Shown: piece after piece, positions 18,714-26,858 of the stretch
How positions within the stretch are numbered: position 1 is the stretch's first letter
How the letters are laid out: each line of letters begins with the position of its first letter
Position numbers and translations under genes: made by a program
The notes under the pieces: generated by a model
What the model saw: the letters and a program-made list of their open reading frames with translations, nothing else
Databases searched by the model: none
What the model was told of the DNA's origin: nothing
From: Candidatus Bathyarchaeota archaeon
Lineage (GTDB): Archaea > Thermoproteota > Bathyarchaeia > Bathyarchaeales > DTEX01
Assembly (NCBI GenBank): GCA_025059045.1
Contig: JANXEA010000014.1
Coordinates: forward strand, 43,569 to 107,568
Direction of reading: 5' to 3'
DNA length: 64,000 nucleotides

Positions 18714-19211
18714 TTATCTTGGCTGCATGCTTAGCCCTGTTCTAAGACCAAAGATCCGGCTCAATATGGAACTTGAAAAGTAGGAGCATATAATATACCA
18801 GAGAAATAGCTGCAATGGGTAGGGTGGGAAGGGGCTTATGAAGGGAACCCAGAATGGAACATAGGCAACGCCGACTGTGCCATAAATGGAAAAAAGAAGG
18901 AACCATGCGCTAAGATATAACGATGCGAGCGTCATGGATCCTATGATCTGACGCTTAAGCCTTCTCGACTCTATCTGATTGATAATTTTCTCCTGTTTCT
19001 TAACTTTTGACATGAGTTTCTTGTCCCCAGTCTTCTTAGCCCTCTCTTTTTCTGCGTTAAACCTGTTAATCTCATCCTGCCACGCTGCTAACTGTTTGGG
19101 ATTCATGAGCGCTCGATTCACCAGCATCGTGATTAGGAAGAGGAGAAAAGTCACGCCGAGTATAAGCAATGTTGAAAACGGCGGGATAAGTATCTGCTCT
19201 GCTATCGACAT
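18714..19211 (-). CDS. DUF106 / EMC3-TMCO1-like membrane protein (archaeal Oxa1-superfamily candidate)
   Basis: 165 aa. Layout is TM, then a basic coiled loop ('AEKERAKKTGDKKLMSKVKKQEK'), then two TM segments. It lies immediately downstream of secY. Confidence 0.6.
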   Translation of the reverse strand: MSIAEQILIPPFSTLLILGVTFLLFLITMLVNRALMNPKQLAAWQDEINRFNAEKERAKKTGDKKLMSKVKKQEKIINQIESRRLKRQIIGSMTLASLYLSAWFLLFSIYGTVGVAYVPFWVPFISPFPPYPLQLFLWYIICSYFSSSILSRIFGLRTGLSMQPR

Positions 19212-19219
19212 ATCTTATC

Positions 19220-20650
19220 TCAGCCACCTAAGAATCTTCTCAGGACCGGATACATCTCTTCAATCTGCTCCCTCATTAGCTGCTGGTAGATTTGATAGAC
19301 TATCCCAACGGAGAGCAGTATCCCCGTCCCAGTGCCGAAAGCGCCGAAGAAGTCGGCTAAGGCGGCCAGCAACCCAACGATCAATCCGCCCAATATAGTC
19401 ACTGTTGGAATATACCGCTTTAGTACGACCTCCACTGTTCTGTCCGATCGCCTGAATCCTGGTATCTGCATCCCCGAATCTACAAGCTGCTTTGCGATTG
19501 TTCTCGGATCTATGCCTCCTACCTGAAGCCATATGTATGAGAATAGTATGCAGAAGGCGATTAAGAAGATTGCGTATACGATGTATCTAAGTGGATTCTC
19601 AATTACTTCTAGGAAGCCACGTGTCGGCGCTGTGACATAATATGCAAGGCCGTCTGTGGGAATTAGGTCTCCATCCTTAATTGTGAACTTGCCCAGCACG
19701 TTGATTAATGGTGCCCACTCGCTGTCCCTGAAGTGGCTCCAAAGGAGCTGGGACCAGACGTAGATGTTTCCGAAGAGGGCTGATGCGAAGATGACTGGAA
19801 GGTTTGAAACATAGAGTAGGCTGATTGGGTATCTCCCTCTGAAGCCTCGGAATGAGGCGTGAGCTATAGGAAGTTCAACCCTTATACCCTGCGCGTATAT
19901 AACAAAGAGGAAGATACCTACAGTTGTTAGTAGGCCTACTATGCTGGGGTAACCGCTGGGGCTGAGAACGAGGTGCTGAAGGGACCCACCCGTTACCAAT
20001 GATTGTATCAGAGCCGATATGATGCCGTATCGTCTGACCGGCTCTTCTGTTCCGCCAACCTCTATTATCGAGAAGGAGTCAAGCATTATTCTCTGGGCCA
20101 CACCAGCGAGTATGAAGAGGCTGATTCCGCTTCCAATACCCCAACCTTTCTGGATCATTTCGTCTAGCAGCATTAGGATTAGCCCAGCGAATAGCAGTTG
20201 GAAGAAGATTACGATTGCCTGCTTTTGGTTTAGGGTGCCGTAGAAACCGCCCAATAGGTAGGCTGAGGCCTGAAATGCTGTGAAGAATAGGGAGAAGACT
20301 TTGCTTGCACCAGTGAATAGGGAGCGGTCCTCCGGGTTTGAAAAGTCAACATTTATGATGCCCGATCCGGCTAACATTTGTAGTATGAGACCCGCAGTTA
20401 CGATGGGGCCGATCCCAAGCTCCATTAATGTTCCTCTAGTTGAGGCGAATATCACCCTATAGTAGATGAGACCTTCACCTGTCGCGCCGGATAAACCATA
20501 AAGCGGAACTTCGCTCATAATAAGGTATATTATTACCGCAAGCGCCGTCCACAGTATTTTCTCGGTGAGACCCACCCTTCTCTCGGGCGCTTTAACCTCC
20601 GGAACCAAAACTATGAGGGGCCTGAAAGCGTTTAGGAACTTGCTAGTCAA
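19220..20650 (-). CDS. secY: Preprotein translocase subunit SecY
   Basis: 476 aa polytopic protein following uL15. The N-terminus 'LVPEVKAPERRVGLTEKILWT' and overall pattern are typical of archaeal SecY/Sec61alpha. Confidence 0.95.
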   Translation of the reverse strand: MTSKFLNAFRPLIVLVPEVKAPERRVGLTEKILWTALAVIIYLIMSEVPLYGLSGATGEGLIYYRVIFASTRGTLMELGIGPIVTAGLILQMLAGSGIINVDFSNPEDRSLFTGASKVFSLFFTAFQASAYLLGGFYGTLNQKQAIVIFFQLLFAGLILMLLDEMIQKGWGIGSGISLFILAGVAQRIMLDSFSIIEVGGTEEPVRRYGIISALIQSLVTGGSLQHLVLSPSGYPSIVGLLTTVGIFLFVIYAQGIRVELPIAHASFRGFRGRYPISLLYVSNLPVIFASALFGNIYVWSQLLWSHFRDSEWAPLINVLGKFTIKDGDLIPTDGLAYYVTAPTRGFLEVIENPLRYIVYAIFLIAFCILFSYIWLQVGGIDPRTIAKQLVDSGMQIPGFRRSDRTVEVVLKRYIPTVTILGGLIVGLLAALADFFGAFGTGTGILLSVGIVYQIYQQLMREQIEEMYPVLRRFLGG

Positions 20651-20707
20651 TTTTTCCCCTCACACAATTCTTTACACTCGTTATTGCTAAAAATCTCTGC
20701 CGAGTAA

Positions 20708-21148
20708 TTATCCGCCTGCGTCAAGGTTTTGTTCAATGTCTGTTAATACTTTACCGCCCGCCTCCTCTATCTTTTTTAGTGCTGTTTTAGAGCAGGAAGG
20801 TATCTTAACTGTTATTGGCAGAGTGATTTTTCCCTCGCCTAAGAGTTTAGTGTAGCCCATATCCTCAAGATCAATGATGACCCCCGATGCTCTTTTAGGC
20901 AGAACCCTAGACGCAATCTCTTGGAGGTCATCTAAACTTAACACTTTCTCCTCAATTTTCTTTAATGATTTCAGCTTCTTTTTCTTGAAATAATCTGGTT
21001 CATATCTCAGTATGTAGCTCCATCCATGTTTGTGCCTTCCGACCCTCCGCTGCCCCTTTGACCCGCTTTTTCTATGCTGCCCCACTCTCCCATACCCGCA
21101 TGTTCTGGATCCACGCATCTTCCTAATCTTACGCAACTTATGCGGCAA
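20708..21148 (-). CDS. rpl15: 50S ribosomal protein uL15
   Basis: N-terminus 'KLRKIRKMRGSRTCGYGRVGQHRKSGSKG'. It lies between uL30 and secY. Confidence 0.9.
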   Translation of the reverse strand: MPHKLRKIRKMRGSRTCGYGRVGQHRKSGSKGQRRVGRHKHGWSYILRYEPDYFKKKKLKSLKKIEEKVLSLDDLQEIASRVLPKRASGVIIDLEDMGYTKLLGEGKITLPITVKIPSCSKTALKKIEEAGGKVLTDIEQNLDAGG

Positions 21149-21161
21149 AGACTTTCCCCCT

Positions 21162-21656
21162 CTACATCATCCTCTTGAGCAAATCGTTTATGGCTTCACC
21201 TCTATATCCAGTTGCTCCTCCGCTCTTCCAGCTCTTTTTTACTGAGCTCCGCATCCCCTTCCTTGGCGGATGAAGACGAAATATAGGTTTAACCTTCTCA
21301 AGCTTTCTAAATTCAACTTTCAAACTGTAAATGTCTTCAGCAAGATCTTCAATAGAATTGTAACCCATAGTCTTCAGGAATTCGTCAGTCAACTTCCTGT
21401 TCCCCAATGTTCTACCTCTCCGGCTCAGAAGCAGGGAAAGCGTCTCCTTGGAAACTTCTCCCCATGTAATATAGTTTTGGGCCTTATGAAGCATTCCAAG
21501 ATATGAAGGCCTATCATCGATTATCGTTGCATGATAGATGCGGTTAAGATTAAGCATTCTCATCGTATCCTCTATCTCACCTCTCACATCGCCTTGACCG
21601 CGAACTCTGACCACTGCTATGCATCGTTGGCCCTTCTCCAATTCGATCACACCCAA
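21162..21656 (-). CDS. rpl30: 50S ribosomal protein uL30
   Basis: 164 aa. Contains 'IAVVRVRGQGDVRGEIEDTMRMLNLNR'. It overlaps the uS5 stop by 10 nt. Confidence 0.9.
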   Translation of the reverse strand: MGVIELEKGQRCIAVVRVRGQGDVRGEIEDTMRMLNLNRIYHATIIDDRPSYLGMLHKAQNYITWGEVSKETLSLLLSRRGRTLGNRKLTDEFLKTMGYNSIEDLAEDIYSLKVEFRKLEKVKPIFRLHPPRKGMRSSVKKSWKSGGATGYRGEAINDLLKRMM

Positions 21657-22294
21657 TCCGTTGGAGTGACTACGCTGTATGTCTTCTTCAGCGCATCAAA
21701 GACTGCATAGGCAAAGGATGGAATTGTCTTCGTTGATCCATAGCTCCTAGTCCAGCAGTCTTTTATCCCTGCAAGCCTGAGAATCACCTTGGCAGTTTCG
21801 CTTGCTACGAGCCCAAGGCCTCTAGGTCCAGGTATTATTCTAATCTTTACACCGCCACATTTGCCAGAGGTTTCAAACATGAGTGAGTGGGGTTGCCCAC
21901 ATCCGCATTCCCAGCTCCCACATCCTCTTCTTACGATGGTTATGTTGAGCCTCGCATCCTTAGCCGCATTCTCTATTGCGGTGCGAACCTGCTCCGCTTT
22001 TCCAAAGCCCAATCCAATACAGCCGTTACCATTCCCCACGGCGACGACCGCCTTAAACCTTGATTTTTCACCTGCATCAGTCTGTTTTTGGACGAGGCTT
22101 ACATTTATAACTTCTTCCTCCAGATTGGGAACAAGAAGATCGACAATTTGGGGTTCACGGATCATCTGTCCTTCAGCGAATAGGTCCTCAAGCGAAGAGA
22201 TCTTACCCTCCAGAACTAGTCTTCCAAGTCTAGTACGCGGAACCCATTCTTCAAGTCTCTCCGTCTTTTCCTCGCTTCTAATCAAGACTTTCAC
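21647..22294 (-). CDS. rps5: 30S ribosomal protein uS5
   Basis: Motifs 'EEWVPRTRLGRLV' and 'FKAVVAVGNGNGCIGLGFGKA'. GTG start preceded by AGGTGA. Confidence 0.95.
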   Translation of the reverse strand: MKVLIRSEEKTERLEEWVPRTRLGRLVLEGKISSLEDLFAEGQMIREPQIVDLLVPNLEEEVINVSLVQKQTDAGEKSRFKAVVAVGNGNGCIGLGFGKAEQVRTAIENAAKDARLNITIVRRGCGSWECGCGQPHSLMFETSGKCGGVKIRIIPGPRGLGLVASETAKVILRLAGIKDCWTRSYGSTKTIPSFAYAVFDALKKTYSVVTPTDWV

Positions 22295-22537
22295 CCAGGC
22301 TGTACGTCACCTAACCTGCTTAACCATTTTGACTTTTACCGATGGTTGACCTAAATTTTTACTGAATCAACGTGAATTATAAATTTAAACTTATCTAATT
22401 ATTATGCGATGGGGAACATCTACAATTTTTCTTTGGGAGAAAAGATTTCTCCGAAGAATGTTAACTATTTACCGAACTTTCTGAGGGAAAACAGAGGGTA
22501 TAGGATTCTTTCGCGGCCCTCCGTAGAAGGTAGTCAT

Positions 22538-23824
22538 TCACTTTTTCCTCTTAAGAATTTCTATTCCATTCATGTACGGTCTTAGAACTTCTGGAACAAT
22601 TACTGAACCATCCCTTAATTGATACTGCTCGAGAATGGCCATCATCGTTCGGCTTGTTGCTAATGCCGTGCTATTCAATGTGTGCACGAACCCTTTGGGC
22701 GGTTTGCCCGGCCCCTCTCTATATTTTATATTCAAGCGTCTCGCTTGGTAGTCTGTGCAGTTGGAGTTAGAGCCGGATTCTCTAAACTTTCCATCTGCCA
22801 TCCAAACCTCAACGTCATACTTCTTCGCGGCCACCGACCCAATATCCCCGGTGCATGTGTTAACAACTCTGTAACAGAGCCCGAGTTTCTGGTATAGCTC
22901 CTCACAGTTCCGCTGGAGTTCCTCGTGAAGTTCCCAAGACTGCTCTGGTAGGCAGAAGATGAACTGCTCGATCTTGTTGAACTGGTGCATTCGAAACAAT
23001 CCTTTAGTGTATTTTCCATGCGCCCCTATTTCCTTTCTGAAATTCGTGCTGATCCCGACGAACTTTTTGGGCAGCTCATCCATGTCTAAAGTCTCATTCA
23101 TATACATTGCTGCGATTGGGTGTTCGCTGGTTGCGATGAGGTAGTGATCCTCACCTTCTATCTTATACATTACCGTTTCAAAGTCTGAAAGGTCTGTAAC
23201 CCCCTCATAAGGTTCCCTTCTAAGCATGTAGGGAGGCTCGATCAAAGTGTATCCGCGAGCCATCAAGAAATCTATTGCAAATTTTTGGATTGCAAGATCC
23301 AACAGCACCAATTCATCCTTCAAGTAGTAGAATCCTGTACCAGCAACCTTATTGGCTCTTTCCTCATCGATCAAGCCCAGGCCCTTCGCTATTTCTAAGT
23401 GATTCTTAGGTTCGAAGTCGAATTTAGGAGGCGACCCCCAACGTCGAATCTCCACGTTCTCGGTTTCATCTTTGCCGAAGGGAACTGACTCATGAAGTAG
23501 GTTTGGAATACGCATAAGCAAGTATCTTGACTCTCGCTTTGTTTCCTCAACGCGAGTGTTGAGTTCCTTTATCCTGTCTTGGATCATGTCTGCTTCCTTG
23601 AGAAGCTGAGTGAAGTCGCCCCCCTCTTTCTTTAACTTTGCGATCTGCTGGTCAAGTATGTTCCTTCTTCTTCTTAGCTCGTTGATCTCAGTCTGGAGGG
23701 ATCTCCATTCTCTATCGCGTTCTATGAACTCGTCTAGCAGGCGCAGTTTCTCAGGGTCATTTCTCCTCATCAAATTCGCTCTTACGAGCTCAGGCGAAGT
23801 CCTGATAAGCTTCACATCAATCAT
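22538..23824 (-). CDS. serS: Seryl-tRNA synthetase
   Basis: 428 aa with the N-terminal antiparallel coiled-coil arm ('IDVKLIR...ELRRRRN') and a class II core ('FRKEIGAHGKYTKGLFRMHQFNKIEQF', 'TLNSTALATSRTMMAILE'). Confidence 0.95.
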   Translation of the reverse strand: MIDVKLIRTSPELVRANLMRRNDPEKLRLLDEFIERDREWRSLQTEINELRRRRNILDQQIAKLKKEGGDFTQLLKEADMIQDRIKELNTRVEETKRESRYLLMRIPNLLHESVPFGKDETENVEIRRWGSPPKFDFEPKNHLEIAKGLGLIDEERANKVAGTGFYYLKDELVLLDLAIQKFAIDFLMARGYTLIEPPYMLRREPYEGVTDLSDFETVMYKIEGEDHYLIATSEHPIAAMYMNETLDMDELPKKFVGISTNFRKEIGAHGKYTKGLFRMHQFNKIEQFIFCLPEQSWELHEELQRNCEELYQKLGLCYRVVNTCTGDIGSVAAKKYDVEVWMADGKFRESGSNSNCTDYQARRLNIKYREGPGKPPKGFVHTLNSTALATSRTMMAILEQYQLRDGSVIVPEVLRPYMNGIEILKRKK

Positions 23825-23972
23825 CTCACACCATCTCTTGTAGATTTACAAAGGAGAAAAGAATCGAAGCCGTATATATCTTGACCTGTCATATTGGCCC
23901 GCCAACTTATTCATCCTAAACATTTTAATACTCCAGCCTTGACAAATATGTAAGTCTCTTCGGAGGCCATAA

Positions 23973-24611
23973 ATGTCCAAAAGAGGACAAGTTAAGGACA
24001 AATGGCGTAACAAGAAGTGGTATACGGTACTCACCCCGCCATACTTTGGAAATGTTGAGGTCGGTTTAATACCTAGCGACGAGCCTGAAAAGCTGATAGG
24101 CAGAGTTGTAGAGTGCACCCTGTATGACATCACTGAAGATTTTGCCCATCAATATTTGAAGATGTATTTCCAGATAGTTTCGGTTGAGGGTAAACAGGCC
24201 TTCACAATCTTCAAGGGGCATGAGTATTCAAGAGATTACCTTAGAAGCTTGGTTAGAAGGAAGACAACGCGTGTTGACGGCATCCTCAATGTAACCACGA
24301 AGGACGGTTATAGACTGAGAGTTTCGGCATGCGCATTCACGCTAAGTAGAATAAAAACCTCGCAAGAAAGAGAGATACGCATAATTATGAGAAGAATTAT
24401 AGAAGAGAAGGCAGTTTCGCTCGGCTTTGATCAGTTTGTTCATGAAGCTGTCTTAGGAAAAATGGCATCAGACATCTATAATGAGGCTAAAAAGATAGCG
24501 CCTCTCCGCCATGTCGGTATTAGAAAATCTAAGCTTATCTCTAAACCATCATTAGAGCCTGAGAGGAAGATCGAATTAGTTGCGGAGGCGCATGCTGAGG
24601 CAGTTGAATAA
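23973..24611 (+). CDS. rps3ae: 30S ribosomal protein eS1 (S3Ae)
   Basis: The N-terminus 'KDKWRNKKWYTVLTPPYFG' is typical of S3Ae. Confidence 0.9.
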   Translation: MSKRGQVKDKWRNKKWYTVLTPPYFGNVEVGLIPSDEPEKLIGRVVECTLYDITEDFAHQYLKMYFQIVSVEGKQAFTIFKGHEYSRDYLRSLVRRKTTRVDGILNVTTKDGYRLRVSACAFTLSRIKTSQEREIRIIMRRIIEEKAVSLGFDQFVHEAVLGKMASDIYNEAKKIAPLRHVGIRKSKLISKPSLEPERKIELVAEAHAEAVE

Positions 24612-24747
24612 AGATAGGGAAGCACTCATCATTTTAAATCAGTAGGTAATGAGTATATTTAATAATATCTTCTTTGTTTTTAGGGAGCGAAACTATCCTA
24701 GGCCCACTATCTTATTAATCGGCCATGTTATTCAACTCGTATAGGGA

Positions 24748-26304
24748 TTGGTTGCTGGGATAATGAACTCTGTGCCTGAGCTTAATGTTGTAAAGAAGGA
24801 CTGGAGAAAGGTTGACCTGAAGATTGCTCTATGCTACCCAAACGTGTATAGGGCGGGAATGAGTGGACTGACAGTTAGGTTGCTGTATGGGTTGATAAAT
24901 AGCCGAGAGGATGTGTTATGCGAAAGGTTCTTCATGCCTACATCAGATGAGCCTATTAGAAGCCTAGAATCAAATCAACCCCTCAAAAAATTCGATGTAA
25001 TCGCATTTACCCTGCAATATGAGGAGGATTATCCAAACGTCATTCGCATGCTCATTGAATCGTCAATTCAGCCACGCCGGAATAGGAGATCCGCTACTGA
25101 CCCAATTATAATCGGAGGCGGACCTTGCGCAACTTCTAATCCGGAGCCGCTTGCAGAATTCTTCGACCTCTTCCTAATAGGCGAGGCTGAGCCCGTAATC
25201 GACATACTTATTGATAGAATAGAGTCCTGGAAAGACACGAAAAGCGGCGTCGAAGAATTAGCGGATATAAAGGGCGTATATGTGCCCGAGATTTCAAACC
25301 AAACTGATAGGGTGTGGTGCCGAGATTTTAATAGCGCTTTCTTTCCTATTGAACAGCAAATACCCATTGTGAATGAAAAGAGCCCTTACATGACAGTTTT
25401 CGGAAAATCCTTCGCAATCGAGCCTATAAGAGGCTGCAGCCGATTTTGCAGGTTTTGCCTTTACAGCCACATAAGCTTTCCTCAAAGGGAAAGAAGCCTA
25501 GAGAAGGTGGAGGAAATAATAGAAGAGGGGATACGCCGCACTCCTGTAGACAAAGTCTCATTGATCGGAGCCAGCATATTCAATTATAAATATTTGGAGG
25601 ATCTCTGCGACTACATTGTATCTTCTGGGCTTAGACTTGCTCTCCCCTCCATACGTCCTGAGAATGTTACAGAACATTTGGCCAAGATTCTTAGAAAGGG
25701 TCAGCAGCGAAATGTAACACTTGCGCCAGACGCGGCTACGCCTAAAATGCAGGAGATAATAGGCAAGAGAATGAGTGAAGCGGATATGGTAGATGCCGTA
25801 AAAATATTGCTGCGCCATGAAATCAGACGTTTAAAGCTATACTTCATTATAGGATTGCCGTCTGAGGAGAGGGAAGACGTTGAAGCTATTGCTGAACTCT
25901 CTAAGAAGATTGCAGATGCTGGTTACGGTCCAAAAGCGGTTCACATAAGCATTAACCCATTGATCCCGAAGCCTCATACACCTTTTCAGAACGAAAATCC
26001 TCCGTCCGTTGCGTATACAAGAAGCGTTTTGAGACTGTTGAGAGCGAAGCTGAGGGGTGACAGGCGCATCACAATTGAGTGTTTGGATCCACGTTATGCC
26101 CAGATCCAGTCTCTCCTCAGCCTAGGCGATCGTAGGCTAGGTGATGTGGTGGAGCTCGTTGCTAGATATGGCGGCGGACTGGGCGCTTGGAGAAGATCCT
26201 TGAAGACTTGTGGAATAAATTTAGAAAAATATTTACGTGACAGGAATATTGACGAGTATATTCCATGGAAGAACATTAATGTGGGCGCAAATATTGTTAA
26301 ATAA
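24748..26304 (+). CDS. Radical SAM protein with N-terminal B12-binding-like domain, function unknown
   Basis: 518 aa with the cluster motif 'RGCSRFCRFCLYSH' (CxxxCxxC). From memory, the N-terminal segment 'KIALCYPNVYRAGMSGLTVRLLYGLIN...ERFFMP' resembles the uncharacterised TIGR03960-type radical SAM family. An alternative ATG start lies at 24763. Confidence 0.75.
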   Translation: MVAGIMNSVPELNVVKKDWRKVDLKIALCYPNVYRAGMSGLTVRLLYGLINSREDVLCERFFMPTSDEPIRSLESNQPLKKFDVIAFTLQYEEDYPNVIRMLIESSIQPRRNRRSATDPIIIGGGPCATSNPEPLAEFFDLFLIGEAEPVIDILIDRIESWKDTKSGVEELADIKGVYVPEISNQTDRVWCRDFNSAFFPIEQQIPIVNEKSPYMTVFGKSFAIEPIRGCSRFCRFCLYSHISFPQRERSLEKVEEIIEEGIRRTPVDKVSLIGASIFNYKYLEDLCDYIVSSGLRLALPSIRPENVTEHLAKILRKGQQRNVTLAPDAATPKMQEIIGKRMSEADMVDAVKILLRHEIRRLKLYFIIGLPSEEREDVEAIAELSKKIADAGYGPKAVHISINPLIPKPHTPFQNENPPSVAYTRSVLRLLRAKLRGDRRITIECLDPRYAQIQSLLSLGDRRLGDVVELVARYGGGLGAWRRSLKTCGINLEKYLRDRNIDEYIPWKNINVGANIVK

Positions 26305-26348
26305 AAGGCGTAGAGACTGCTCTCTATAATTGATGAGAAGATGAAAGA

Positions 26349-26693
26349 ATGAGAATAGAAAAAGAGAGATTCAAGAAAATGTTTCCACATCTGGCCGAAG
26401 AGATGGAGAAGGGCGAGCATTCTGTCACCATAACGTCAGTCAAATTCAATAATGAAGTTGCGGAAAATGCTCCTTCCCGAATGTTTGAGGGCTATGACCC
26501 AGATGTTATCGATTTTCTTAGAAGATGCGACAACGAGAAGCAAGCCGAGGAAATAATATCCTATCTAGAGATAAAAAAGGAAATCAGTGAGGAGTATGCT
26601 GAGAGGTTGAGAAAGCAGCTCAAAGAAAGAGGTGTCAGAAGCTTTGGTCCCAAAAAAGAAAATGATTACTACTTGAAAAAAGCAGGCTACTAA
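26349..26693 (+). CDS. Small charged hypothetical protein
   Basis: 114 aa, soluble and Glu/Lys-rich. It shares the strand with its neighbours and lies in a tight gap after the radical SAM gene. I can support no function. Confidence 0.5.
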   Translation: MRIEKERFKKMFPHLAEEMEKGEHSVTITSVKFNNEVAENAPSRMFEGYDPDVIDFLRRCDNEKQAEEIISYLEIKKEISEEYAERLRKQLKERGVRSFGPKKENDYYLKKAGY

Positions 26694-26858
26694 GCGAGTT
26701 TTAAAGGGTTAGATCAGCTATCCTCGGGTCTTCCCAGCATACATCACCCTACAAAAAAAATTCAAATCAATATCGCTTTGATTGAACGAGTAAGCTTAAA
26801 AAAGCAGAAGACGAAGATAGAACCCTATAAAACGCTTCAATGAAGAGGATGAAGAGAT

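Noticed and set aside
21789-22349. A 186-aa plus-strand ORF overlapping rps5.
   Set aside because: It is a shadow ORF opposite a highly conserved ribosomal protein gene, with a Ser/Pro/Leu-rich composition that is not protein-like. The same reasoning applies to 6614..7204, 53966..54490, 53008..53442, 35066..35506, 36200..36595, 37960..38352 and the many 60-110-aa antisense ORFs in the track.
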